Of a stretch of 64,000 bases of DNA, positions 13,001 through 25,992 are shown piece by piece. The first letter of the stretch is position 1. Each line of letters starts with the position of its first letter. This DNA comes from Balanoglossus misakiensis (lineage: Eukaryota; Animalia; Hemichordata), in the NCBI GenBank assembly GCA_040954595.2, contig CM082593.2, forward strand, positions 11,111,477 through 11,175,476. Reading direction: 5' to 3'. The translations under genes and the position numbers were made by a program. The notes beneath the pieces were generated by a model, which ran no database searches, was not told where the DNA came from, and was given only the letters and a program-made list of their open reading frames with translations.

Positions 13001-13948
13001 AGATTACCGTATAATAAATTTGACAAAATTCAAAAATGTTTTATCTAAATGAAATATTTCATAAAGTTAATTGTTACTAAACGTTTTCATTGATACTGTT
13101 ATAGTTGTAGAAGTATCTGAATTTCTGGACAATTGTTAAAATTTTATTGGAGTGTTATATGTTCATACTACATGTTCGTGATGATTTTTTTTTATTTGAC
13201 AAACTCAATTTTTAATCAGAATTATTCCATGTACACATGATAACCTTAAAAAATATTTTGAAAATCTCAAATAATTTATTAGCATTGCTGTTGGCATTTA
13301 TGTATGTATGGTATGTATGTATTATATGTATGAAGACGTTGAACTTTAAAAACAAATGTAAAAATTCAAAAGTCATTACCAATGTTTATAGTTAATAATA
13401 TGTGATACTTTTTATTTATTACTAGAAATTATTACATCATAACTTATGAAAAACAAACGTAAAAATGCAAAGTCATTTTCAATGTTTATAGTTAATATAT
13501 TGATACTCTTTATTTATTAAGTAATTATTGCATAACTTATGAATGTATTTATTGTCTATAATATTTATTCTATTATTATTATTGATGGATAAAAGTGAAT
13601 TCTTTATCTTTAAAAAACATTTGAACCTTTACAATAAATTATTATATCATATACAAACATAAAGTGTGTTTTTTTTTATCCAGGTAAGATTGTACATTTA
13701 AAATGTTACCAGCAATAGAAAGTCAGGCTTTGAATCCTTCAGTGTCGACTTAACCATATATATTTTAATCAATAAATATTTCATGTCCAGAGTCACACTT
13801 AACACTTCAAATACACAATATGCATAACAAGATGATAAAAAAACATTTATCCCAGTGCATAACTTATTTTTATAACTAAATCAAGAAAAAGGTTTCATTT
13901 TCATGTGTGAAAGGCAATCCATTAAGATACCTAATGATGTTGACACTC

Positions 13949-15604
13949 TTAATGTAAATGATTCATGAGTTGCTGTCTTCTGGCAATACCCCCAGGTGCA
14001 TTCACATGAACATTTGGATATTGGTTTGGATCATCAATATGCTGTGGATCTAAATCAATATAGTTTTCCACATCATCATGATGGATAATACGTAAATTGT
14101 GAAGAATACAGCCAGAAATTATAGTCTCACACACATCTTCAGGACTATGCATAGGCAATTCTCTGAGCCTCCTAACACGACCCTTTAAATGCCCAATTGA
14201 TCGTTCAACATTTTGACGGCAGGATGAAAAGACGCGATTGAACCTGCGCTGCTGAATGGTTAAAAATCCATTGTCTCTGAAGGGAGTGATAAGCCATTCT
14301 CTCAAAGGGTATGCAGAATCACCAATGATGTATCTCCCAGGACCCATAGTTACTTCATTAGTCTCCAGTCTTGTGTACAGGGAAGAATTTCGAAGGACAC
14401 GGGCATCATGTGTACAACCAGGCCATCCAGTGTATGCATTGGTGATTAATAGATTATCATCAACAATGACCTGAAAAAAAGGACACTTTTTGTCAAGAAT
14501 CTCCTACATTTATGTAACTTGATAAAATTCTCAATGGCAGAGACTAACCAACATTTCAACAGGTTTTATTTTTTAAATTCAAGAATGACACATGTCATGA
14601 TGGAAGATATAAATTTTTCTCTATAAAATTAAAAATGAATTTTCTTACCTGAAGTTGCATGGATGGATAACCTTTCCTATTTATATATAGTCTTGAGCTC
14701 CACCAATACAACCAGCCAGTCTAATGTGAGTGCCATCAATAATGCCCACTATACCTGGTAAACCACAATCAAGCTGAAAACTCTGTGAAATCTCCCTCTG
14801 TCGCTCTTGTGTTGGCCACCTGATAACCTACAAATATTGATAAGTCATTTTTCAACATTAATTTTTACACATACCTGCAATTATGACAAACATAATATTG
14901 GACATTTCAGCTTGCTATACAGAGTGCAGTAGAAAAAAAAATGTTGACACAGAGAACCATAATACTAAAAGAAAATGCTAAAGGATAATTTTTAACTGTC
15001 CCCTTTAATATGTTCTTTGATAGCAATAATTAAACAGAGCTTGAAATTATGCATCACCAACTGTATATTATTGAAATGTAAAAATATATTTGTATTCAAA
15101 AATAATCCATGAAGATAATCTAGAAAATGTACTTTACAATGTACTTACATCTTTCATCACAGCAATGATAGCTTTTGTGACACGCTTTACTGTTGAATGG
15201 ACTGTGGATTTGGAGAGATTGAAAATGTGACCAACTTCTCTGATGGATTCCTGGTTTACCATGTACCAAATCCATACCAATAGTTGTTTTTCTGGAGGCA
15301 CTTGAGGGCGGCCACCGCATTGTTCTATTGCCAGTTTGTGGGCGATGCGCCCCAGAACAAACGTGAAGATATCTTTGCAAATACGGAAATGGATGCAAAA
15401 ATCTTGCAAAGAATACTGAGGTACGATATCTTCGGCAAAATTTTGTATCTTCGGGACGTATTTTCGGCGCAAAAATAAACAGCTCAGAGAGGCAATGATG
15501 GCAGTATTTATTCGGAGTTGCCAAACTGCCGCAGAATCTAAAGATTCATCAAAATCCTCAAAAAAAGTACGCAAAAACAAGAAATCTTCGAACTCAGTCG
15601 CCAT
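13949..15604 (-). pseudogene. Second Harbinger transposase copy (exons 15604-15149, 14827-14649, 14470-13949), frameshifted in exon 2
   Basis: Exon 2 is 179 nt versus 177 nt in the left copy. It reads GAC TAT ATA TAA where the left copy has GAT TAT ATC AAT (about 14680-14690). Confidence 0.88.
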
Positions 15605-15774
15605 ATTTGTTTACATGGGTTGCTACGCTAGTATCGTTCGTTTGAAATCTCCCGGGTTACGCTTATGCGCATGCGAACTAGAATGGGATGACGTCAGCGG
15701 CAGCTACTCGGGTCGCTACTCGGGTCACAATCGAACTTGGTGATGGGTGATAGGCCTTCTTCGCCTCTCATCAC

Positions 15775-16252
15775 CTCCTCCCAACATCACCTCCACTGCC
15801 TCCTCTGCCTCCTCCCAACATCACCTCCACTTCCTCCTCTTCCTCCTCAGCTCCTCCTCCTCAGCTCCTCCTCCTCAGCTCCTCCTCCTCCCCAAATCCG
15901 AGTGCTACGGCTCCTCCTCCTCCTCCTCCTCCTCCTCAGCTCCTCAGCTCCTCCTCCTCAGCTCCTCCTCCTCAGCTCCTCCTCCTCAGCTCCTCCTCCT
16001 CAGCTCCTCCTCCTCCTCCTCCTCCTCCTCCTCCTCCTCCTCCTCCGCCTCCTCCTCAGCTCCTCCTCCTCCGCCTCCTCCTCAGCTCCTCCTCAGCTCC
16101 TCCTCAGCTCCTCCGCCTCCTCCTCAGCTCCTCCTCCTCAGCTCCTCCGCCTCCTCCTCAGCTCCTCCTCCTCCGCCTCCTCCTCAGCTCCTCCTCAGCT
16201 CCTCCTCAGCTCCTCCGCCTCCTCCTCAGCTCCTCCTCAGCTCCTCCTCCCC
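15775..16252 (-). repeat. CT-rich simple repeat, mirror of 3701-4200 with a different unit order and length
   Basis: Directly visible. Confidence 0.95.
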
Positions 16253-16814
16253 AAATGAGAGTGCTACGGCTCCAACCTATACTACTGCTGCGGTCAACAC
16301 GTAGCTATTAGTTTCGGTTTTATGTTCGCTACAGCTCGGAAACCAAAATGTGGTACAACTTCAAGCTACATAAACTGGAAAGCATAGTACGTGCAGAGCA
16401 GACCATGGTGACGAAAGCAGGTATTCTAGGTCGTAAGATAAAAACACGGCGCTAGAAAAACAGTCATCAAAAGTTGCACGTGTTCCCCGGCCAAAAATAA
16501 TGTAATTGTTGGCGCACAGAAAGTCCAGTCGATAAACGTTTACGCTATAGAAACTCACTCTCTCAGCAAAAGTCTGACACCCTCGTCAATGACAAAACGC
16601 AAACCGAGCTGGGTATGATCAAGTCAAACATAGGGCCAATCCCCACTCTGTGTTTTATTATTTTCCACATACGATGGTTCTAAATAAAAATGTACCTATT
16701 TGAAATGCTTACCGAGGTAAGATCATTGAAAGTTTTCAAACGTTGATGACAAATGTATAACTGATTTTTTACAAATGAATAATCGCGCACTTGCATGTTA
16801 TTTTCTCTATACCA

Positions 16815-17070
16815 GACACCGCGCGCGCGCCGTTGGCAAAAAAAAAAACGCGGAAAATTATTGAGCATGCGCAGTCGATACTTCACATTGTAAACAAGAT
16901 GGCGTCGCTGCCTATGCTTCTCGACCGCTGTCGCCTGACTATGTCGGCAAAGAAGAGACGAATTTAACCATGCAACGCCATATCGGAAGACAGAATGATC
17001 GCGAGATGAAACCGGGCTATCCAACGATTAGGCAGCCATGTTGACTGATTGGTATGTCGCCGAAGTAATT
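16815..17070 (+). promoter_or_regulatory. CpG-rich promoter-like island
   Basis: CGCGCGCGCG, NRF1-like GCATGCGCA and YY1-like CAAGATGGCG cluster in otherwise AT-rich DNA. No linked coding exon was identified. Confidence 0.35.
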
Positions 17071-17567
17071 ATTTGCCATTGATTTGTTTACCAGAAACGG
17101 TTTGCCTTTGGAACACATTTGGCCTCACCGAAATTGATTTCAGAGGTTTTTTCCCAAAAACTAATGACGTTCGTTTTCACCTGAGTGCGAGGATGGATTG
17201 AAGGGACACAAGCTTTTGTAGCCACCAATATTTTGACACTCTTTATATCAATGTTGAGCTGGCATATTTGCTCCAATATGATGTAGTGTACCTGTTGCAT
17301 TGAAATGAAGCTGTAATAATATTCCAGTGCAATCTAGTCCTTTGGGTTAATAGGAAAACGAGGTCAATAAATGACAGGTTTATTTAAATACAGGATATAT
17401 TTATCACAAGCACTTATGCATATGTATGAGATACTTATTTATTTTTAATTTATTTTTTATTTTTTATTTATTTTGTACGTTCAGGTAATCATATGGATTT
17501 GTATGGAATCACATACACATTAATTGAAGACTATCATATCACAGAAGTCGAGCCGCCAGATGTGTAA

Positions 17568-18305
17568 GGTAACCATTTAGGTTTCATGACTAAGTTTGTT
17601 TAAGAATTCATAAAGCTACCCAATGAATGAATTTCCTTAAAATTTCACAAATGTGACAGAGTTTGCAGTTGTGCAAGAAAGTGTGTATTATTCACATAAG
17701 AATTGTTTCGTATGCATTTTTCTGATGGCAATGCATTTGACTGTAAACAAATATGGATGTCAGTTAGTAGTGCTATTTTGTCAGTGAAATGGCTTCATCA
17801 TCATCCCTCCAACCAAAGTTGAAACAGAGTTGCAAATATTGCACAGCTTGAAATCATAAAATGTTGCAAAATTGAACCAACCCTTTGGTCAACGATTATG
17901 TTCTTACAGCTATTATTAGAACCAGACAGTCTCAGGGAACAAGAGACATGGGCCTGATTTGCAAGTTGAGTTAGAACTGCCTTTGCCTGCCCACGGACGC
18001 CCCAATTTCAGCAAAAATTATTGCATTAAAATATGAGTATGGAGAACTATGCTCTGTGTTTCTTTTGTTAGCTTACATAGCTGTTGTCATTCTAGTTTTT
18101 CCTCCGTCCTGTGAGCAGAGTTTCAGTTGCGAAAACCGACAGTTCTCAAAGTACAAAAGTACACCTAAATTGCCTCGGTGATGAGCATGCAGAATTTATC
18201 TGATGCTTCTTACTGGCAGAAGGACCCCACCAGTTGCAGATTGTGAATTCCATGGCACAAGGGAATTTACGCTTTGCGTTCAAATATAAATAATTAAATC
18301 CTGTA
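17568..18305. repeat. Left arm of a ~740-bp inverted repeat (partner 25993-26735)
   Basis: For example ctggcagaaggaccccaccagttgcagattg (about 18213) is reverse-complemented near 26055-26084. Confidence 0.9.
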
Positions 18306-18902
18306 AAATTATTCTATATGTTATTTATTGATGATTCAAAAGTGTTATGACTGATTGTGTTAGAGTACCTGTATTCCATATAAGCATGCTGTCAGTGCAC
18401 ATCCGATTGATAACAATTTCACATTTTTAAAAATTTGCTTCTCTGAATAATTATGAATACATAAAACTTCATATGATATAAATTGATAAACATTAAACCC
18501 CGATGCGTGGTATAAAAGACCCCCCAAATCAGTGGCGAATCTTAATACCGTTTGACTGACAACAGACAACACCAACGATCTTGGCTCTATGAAAATCGGC
18601 CCAAACAGATCCAAGCATAAAGAATTACACCACACAACGACAGTGGTTGGCTTTATAAACACACACAACATAAAGTTATCGATGAAAAAGTACACGAGCT
18701 TTTGAAACAACGATGATTTTGGGAGAAATCTGGTTTCAGTGCTTTTCAGAAGCATCCCTGGGAAACAATAACCACGCCATTCAAACAGCTGTCAATCGCA
18801 TAGAGGTGTAAAGTGTTCAATTATTTTCTATGTACATGAGATCAATTACACAGTTATTATGCACGACGACCACTCCCAAATAAACAACTGTACAAACACA
18901 CG

Positions 18903-19800
18903 TTAATCCGAACCCCAGTACTTTCCGCACCGGGGTTTAAGGCCTAATGCTAGTGTCACAACATTGATTACCAGACCGTTTCCCTCTGTATGTATGTATG
19001 TATGTATGTATGTATGTATGTATGTATGTATGTATGTATGTATGTATGCAGCCATGTATGCATGTGTTTGTGTGTGTGTGTACATGTGTGTATGCATGTT
19101 ACATGTATATATGGATGTATGTCTGCCCTGATCCAAAACATGAAACCACGCTTTTTTTATTTTGGTGTGTAGATGGGATTTTGCTTAAATGAAGTTGTCA
19201 TTGCAAAAATACGCAAATAACCTGTGAAATATGTGGAATTGATCAAAACTCAACAACTGGTTAGACTGCTTTGAACATTTGTATGCATGTAGGTAATGTC
19301 ATCATACCTGATATACTTTGAGTTTATATCGTGAATTGTCTATTTTTTATGCAATTATTTTGTCTTGTTTTACCATTTGAAAAAAAATCTTTTCCTCTTA
19401 AAGAGATTGGCTGATTTCTTTAGAATTTAGTATGACACTTCCGGTAGGTGATCTTAGTTGGTTTTGTTTAAATTGTCGCAGAATTTGTAATCTGTCATTT
19501 TTGGTCAAAATTCATTTTCTGAGAAACTCCTTAGATTGCTTTTAAATTTTGGTATGCTTGTTCCAAGAGGTAACCCAAGTAATGTTGTATATCATTTTGG
19601 TGAAATTTACATATTGTGGTCTTGGGGCAATTTTTGCAATTTGTATTCTTTGAAACTACTAGTCAGATTGCTTTCAACTTTGGGAGGCGTGGTGATTGAA
19701 GTAGATATTATACAATTTGTTGATAGTTGGATAGATGTGGTTTGAGGCAGTTTTTGTCATTGTTGAATGTTGTTTTCCCTAAAATACTTGTCTGGTTCCT
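18903..19800 (+). mobile_element. Helentron-associated/DINE-like non-autonomous element with (GTAT)n
   Basis: 5' hairpin aacccc...ggggtt, then (TGTA)n at 18987-19048, then subrepeats (tagtcagattgctttcaa) also seen at 25270-25640. The 3' end is uncertain. Confidence 0.55.
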
Positions 19801-20059
19801 TTGAAATGTTCTTACAGTAGGTCATATCTGCTTGCCAATGTCACATGATTTTTCCCATGAACACAGACATACCTAATTTTGTGTAATCCCCAGATGGGAC
19901 CACAGTGTGTAATAACCTGACCAACAGTGACTAGTATATCCTGTGTGTTATACAGTACTTCTCACAAGGTTGAAGTACATGTAGACTGTTGATGATTTTT
20001 TGCGATTCTTCAGAAACTTACAATACAGAGTCTAATGTGGTAACGTCCATGGTCACATT

Positions 20060-21555
20060 AGTCCTGTTTCAAAATGACCTACATTACACGTCCTATACAC
20101 ATGTTTTGCATGTTATGATTGGTTTATCCGCTTCTCTTAGGTCCACTTGCGGCACGCTGATTGGAGGGACCTTGTAGGTTAGGTCTTATTATTATGTATT
20201 ATTCACTAGACCTTGTAGGTTAGGTCTTATTACTATGCATTTTTCGCTTTACAGCTCCCTGATTGGTTAACGTGTCAGTCTGGTCCCCCATGTGTTCACT
20301 GCCTCATAATACAGGACCTTGTAGGTTAGGTCATATTAATATGTATTTATTCACCATACAGCTCCCTGATTGGTTAACGTGTCAGTCTGGTCTCCCAGTG
20401 TTCACTGCCTCATTGTGAAATGTCCCATGTGCTTCCTGGCTAGCGTTGTGGTAACACATTATTCGGTATGTCCGCAGATCATTCATTAATTTTCTGAGAA
20501 ATAGCCTGACTGATACTATCTCCAACATAAACTGCACCCTGGAAAGATTAAATGATTTTTAGATGGACTTTGAAAATCTGATTAACACATCTAAGCATTT
20601 TTGCTAACAGTTGTATATTTTCTTAAATCACCCTCCTACTTCTCATCATCAATATTATTATTGTTGTTTTACTATTTTAAAGTAAATTTGTTTTGACGTA
20701 GATGTTGTGAAAAGGAGTACGTTGTCCGTTTATACATTCGTATATTGTTTTCATAAAAATGGAACTATGACGGTGCAGCTTCATGAAAGAAGTACAATAA
20801 AAGTAATCATACCTGTAAAGCAACTAATGAGGTATCCCAATTAAAGAAATGCAATGCTATTCTAAACAGTTCTATTGTAAGATATTTTTGGTTTACTCGA
20901 ATGAATAGCACACACTTCGTATTCAGCCAGGTGTTACACGAAGTGATGCGCTGAAAAGCATTACGTAACAAAACACTAGCCCATTTCAACAAACCGCCAC
21001 TGGAAATAAAATAAAAAAATTCTCCTGGCAATTTTTATTTCGAGTATCTAGTTCACAGTATCACAAAAAAATGCCATGAATAGTGAAGGAAATGTTAAAT
21101 CCAATCATTATATGAGTGCCTTTCTTTATACACTGGGATCGAGCTTCGACAACGCGCAGGCAGCATGCCAGACAGAATACGACAACTGTATTCAGAAAGT
21201 ACAAAAGACTTTGCATAACGAGGCAGTGAAAATTGGAGACCTACACATTAACCAATCAGGGAGCTGACAATTGAATAAATGCATGTTAATAAGACCTAAC
21301 CTACAAGGTCCTGCATAATGAGGCAGTGAACACTGGAGGACCAGACCTACACATTAACCAATCAGGGAGCTGTAAAGTGAATAATACATAGTAATAAGAC
21401 CTAACCTACAAGGTCTAGTGAATAATACATAATAATAAGACCTAACACATAAGGTCCCTCCAATCACCGTGCCTCAAGTGGACCTAAGATTACCAGATGG
21501 ACCAATCACAGATGTCGGTACATATGTCATGGACCTGACTTATGAAACAGGACCG
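20060..21555. mobile_element. Foldback/MITE with long, internally repetitive TIRs
   Basis: 20135-20414 is the reverse complement of about 21215-21490. Subrepeats gaccttgtaggttaggtcttatta x3 and cagctccctgattggttaa x2 occur per arm, with weaker similarity further out. Confidence 0.75.
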
Positions 21556-22094
21556 TTCAGAACTACCTAGTCTATGCCCGGCAGTGTTCTGTCCGCTTTG
21601 CTTCCAAAACTAATGTCTGGCCTCACTCATGCCACTTGCCCAATAAACTAATACCCCTTGCTGGGAATTATGATGTAACTAGCGTCGCTTTGAAGCCTAT
21701 CACATTACTGAACAGTGTTGATTTGGTGTAAGATTATAGTGAAGGCAGGGCTTATTACATTGAAAATGCTACCCAACCTTAATTACACGTATGTATATCC
21801 TTTGTCTAATCATTGGAAAAACAATGTACATGTACCAAAGACTAAGTAGCTATTTGAAGGTGAATCGCAAGTGGGCACTTTTATTACTTAACCTCAAGCA
21901 GTCGGTTAGCTACCGTATACTAAGACAAACATTCCTGGTGTAATTAACATCACTGTCATTAGTAATATCTATCTCCAATGAGTATCAGTTCTGCCTTTAT
22001 GTTATTTTAAGTCAATTGTCAAGGTTCATGTACATATATTACAGCTTAACTGTCTTGTCAAAAACTTACGCATGTACATGTACCTAATTCTAGG

Positions 22095-23298
22095 CTTACC
22101 TGTAGGGTTAGAGATACAGTGTTTTATATTAATATGCATTAATATGAAACTAAAATTTGATGGTTAATTTAAGACCCCCCTGAGCAATGGTAACCTCGTT
22201 AAATATGTGCATATCTAATTCTAGGCTATTCAGCTGAAGTAGAAACCTGGACATGGACAACTTCGGGGTCAAAATCTTTTGACAAACATTTGTGTGATCT
22301 TGGGTAAACTTTGACCTACATTCCTATATTTTAGCATCCGGAGCAGATACAACCTTGACACTTGGAGTGATGGAACTATTTGATTGAGTATTATGTCTTG
22401 CCTCATTAATTATGTACTTACCTAATGCCAGCCTAACCAATAGGGCTGGAAGTCTGGCTTTTTGGACATGATAAATTTGAGATCAACATTTTTCTACAGC
22501 AGCCAGCCTTCTCTTAAAAAGAATGGACAATATAAAGGCTTTGATGGTATACTGAACTTTTGACTCCCTCCCTGAGACTGTGTGCCAATGACGGGATAGC
22601 CTACTCAGCGTTGGGTAGATCCTAAGAAGGCCTCAGCCAGGCATCAAATACAAAAAGCGGAAATCCAAGCTTTAATGGTGGGTTACATCGTTAACTTCCC
22701 TGCAGAGCTGATTTCTCAGACTGTGAGCCAATGACGGGTAAAGCCCCTAGGTAGGGGCCACCTAAGACAGGCCGGTCATGCTTTAATCACAAAGAAGGGC
22801 AAGTTTAGTCTTACCACAACTTTGTCTGCTGTATATGCTTCATAAAGATTGCAGAGTATTTTGAGAATACATTGTGTTAAGGCAGTGTGACCAGCTAAAA
22901 AGTACTGGCAAACACAGCCAATGTGTAATGAAAAACATCTAATTTGGCTGAATAAAAGACATAAAACACAGCAAAAGCACTGTGACTAGCTGAGACATAA
23001 TACTCCATTATGCAGTTCCATCACTCCAAGTGTCAAGGATGTATCTGTGCCGGATGCCAAGATATAGGAATGTAGGTCAAAGTTTACCCAAGATCACCCA
23101 ACATTTTGTCAAAAGATTTTGACCCCAAAGTTGTCCATGTCCAGGTTTCTACCGCAACTGGATAGCCTAGAATTAGATATGTACATATTTAATGAGGTTA
23201 CCATGGATCAAGGCAGTCCTAAGTAAACCATCAAATTTTTAGTTTCATGTTAATTCATGTTAATATAAAACGCTGTATCTCTAACCCACTGGTATGCC
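22095..23298. repeat. ~290-bp inverted repeat (22095-22385 / 23005-23298) made of a Helentron-like subrepeat
   Basis: For example cttgggtaaactttgacctacattcctatat versus atataggaatgtaggtcaaagtttacccaag. Confidence 0.85.
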
Positions 23299-23539
23299 AT
23301 TCTTTGTTTCATGCTACCCAATATGGGTAAGTAGGTAAAAAGTCACCCTAGGCCATTTGAAATTTTGCTGAAAAAATCTCGTCTCTTACATATGTACATT
23401 TGGTAAAAGGGAAATTTTAATCACGGAGTAGAACATATTCATAAAAATAGCGTCAAGGACACTGTGGTCCCATTTGAGGATTATGCGGAAACAGTGACAC
23501 ACCAGAATAAAAATTACAGGTGACATTGCAAGCAGATCT

Positions 23540-24290
23540 GCAAGCAGCAATAGCGGGCCCAAGCCAACATAGCACATAGCAACATAGCAATAAGCATATC
23601 TGCTCTGGATGCCAAGATATGGAAAAGTAGGTCAAAGGTCACCTGAGGTTATGTAAAATTTGGGCAAGAAATTTTGACCATATACTGGTCCATGTTCAAC
23701 GAAAATCAAACCTATAGCCCTATTGGTTAGCCTGGAATTAGGTATGCACATAATTAATGAGATATGCAGGTGTCACAGATGACCCCAAATTTTGGCTTTT
23801 CAATTTTAGTCCCAACCCTCCAAACGCCAAGTCTGTACCTGCTCTGGATGCCAAGATATGGTAAAGTAGGTCAAAGGTCACCTGAGGTCATGCAAAATTT
23901 GGGCAAGAAATGTTGACCCTATACTGGTCCATGTTCAACAAAAACCAAACCTATAGCCCTAATGGTTAGCCTGGAATTAGGTATGCACATAATTAATGAG
24001 ATATGCAGGTGTCACAGGTGACCCCCAATTTTGGCTTTTCAATTTAAGTCCCAACCCTCCAATCGCCAAGTCTGTACCTGCTCTGGATGCCGAGATATAG
24101 GAAAGTAGGTCAAAGGTCACCTGAGGTCACCCAAAATTTGGGCAAGAAATTTTGACCCTATACTGGTCCATGTCCCACAAGAACGAAACCTCTAGCCCTA
24201 TTAGTTAGCCCGGAATTAGGTATGCACATAATTAATGTGTTAAGAAGGTGTTACAGGTGAGCCCAAAATTTTGCCTTTTATTTTGGCTCC
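23540..24290 (-). mobile_element. Helentron-like non-autonomous element with three 240-bp tandem units
   Basis: End motif gcaagcagcaatagcgggcccaagc. Units begin ctgctctggatgccaagatatgg at about 23600, 23838 and 24078. Same family as 49330-51245. Confidence 0.65.
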
Positions 24291-24479
24291 ATTGTGCTCA
24301 CTGACCAATAGACAGTCACTGTACAGGACTATTGCACAGACCAGAATTCCACAATAAGACGTGGACATAGCTTAACCATAGAGGTATAAGTAAAGGTATA
24401 AATTTAATAAAAAGACTAAAAAATTCATAAAAAATAAAACATCCATGATATTAACTTAACACTTACAGGTCGATGTGAG

Positions 24480-24820
24480 GTTGACATATGGTACATGCTT
24501 ACCAATTTTTAAAGCAATCTGACGAGTAGTTGTTGACTTTCAGAGTTTTGATAAATTTCACATTTTCCCAGCTAATTTGCATATTTTTGGGCCTGGCAAC
24601 TTCGTTTGGACAAACTCCCATCTACAGCCCAGCCTGCACCTACACACCAAATATTGAGGTGATACGCGCAGCGGTTTTCAAGTTTTTGATGTGGACGGAC
24701 ATACAGACATACATCCATACATCCATCCATCCATCCATCCATCCATCCATCCATACATACATACAGACGCAACCGATCCCATAAGGTCCCATGGTATACA
24801 TGCCTATACCAATGGGACCT
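24480..24820 (-). mobile_element. Helentron-associated/DINE-like element: terminal hairpin plus (GTAT/GGAT)n
   Basis: Hairpin aggtcccatggtata...tataccaatgggacct at 24784-24820, adjacent to a microsatellite at 24698-24766. Confidence 0.6.
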
Positions 24821-25992
24821 AAAAAATATTTGAGGGAAAGAAGGAAGTTTTTCATAGCTTTGGTGCGTCAAATAGTAGAGAGGTTCCCTTGTTATCCTTA
24901 GACTCAAACTCAGAGTTTCCAATCTTTCAGTATTTTCATGATATTACTTTCCATCTTAGATTTGTTCATCTAAACAAACTGACTGATAGGTATACATGAA
25001 CATTTTATTGACTAATGAATGTGCCTGTATGTTGCAATTTAAAGAAGTCAGATATTAAACGAGCGCCACACCTGTTTTAATCAGCCTCCATATGGAGGGT
25101 ACACATCGCAGAGAGATGACAAACCCCATGCAAATTCAAGTAATATGGCTCAATGGTGCTGATTTTAAAGGATAGGTGGATGATTTGAAAAATGTTATTG
25201 TGGAAAAAGATGTGTAAAATTTGGCAGCTTGTGAGGCTTTAATTGTAAAATCTTTGAAATGTGTTTTACTCTTTAGGTCCAATTTTGTATATGTCAATAT
25301 ACCATTGGGACCAATGTGAAATTGTTCTAAACTCAGAAACTCAAGAAGGTACTGGTCAGATTGCTTTAGAAATTGGTGTGTATTTATGTTATTGAGACTT
25401 TATACAGATTTTATTTTTCATTTTTGAAGTATATTTTTGGGGTGATTTTGGTCGTCATATACTCAGAAACCTCTACCCACATTTTTTTTAAAATTTGGTT
25501 TGCATGTTCTTAGGTGTGATTTTATGACAATTTAACAAACCCAGTGATGGAAGTGACAATATTGTTTTTTTTTTTTTTTGGCAATTTCTGCCATTTTTGT
25601 CTGATTGCTTTGCAATTTAGTTTGCAGTTTCTAGGGAATTCTTACTGTGGTGCACAAAATTCACAAAGGTGATTTACTATCCTCATGCGCTTTGTTGAAC
25701 TGGCACCCTGTTGCAAAACAGACATTACAACACTCTTTGAATTGAATTCATAGCTACCAATTTTTCGGGGGTGTAGCACCTTTTTTATGCCTAAAACTTT
25801 GATCGAGAACTTCAAATTAAATGCAACCCTCCAAATATTTGCAATATTTCAGGTATAATGATTTAATTTTAAAGCATAAATTTTGATGTATTCATAATCA
25901 TTAAGAGAAACACATTTTGAAAATAGAATATTAATCACACTAGCAGTCATAATACTTTTGAATCATCACTAAAGAACATATAGAAAAATTAA

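Larger units (their letters stand above)
3669..16286. mobile_element. 12.6-kb palindromic element with Polinton/Maverick-type ends (non-autonomous), carrying Harbinger genes in both arms
   Basis: Arm 3669-9176 is the reverse complement of 10801-16286. Termini are AGTAGTATAGGTTGG / CCAACCTATACTACT. GCTGCG directly flanks both ends (3663-3668, 16287-16292). AG...CT termini with a 6-bp TSD are established Polinton hallmarks. Confidence 0.8.

Noticed and set aside
18903-19192. MYVC/HTYI-repeat ORFs (also 24530-24922 and 54107-54595)
   Set aside because: They are translations of (GTAT)n microsatellites.
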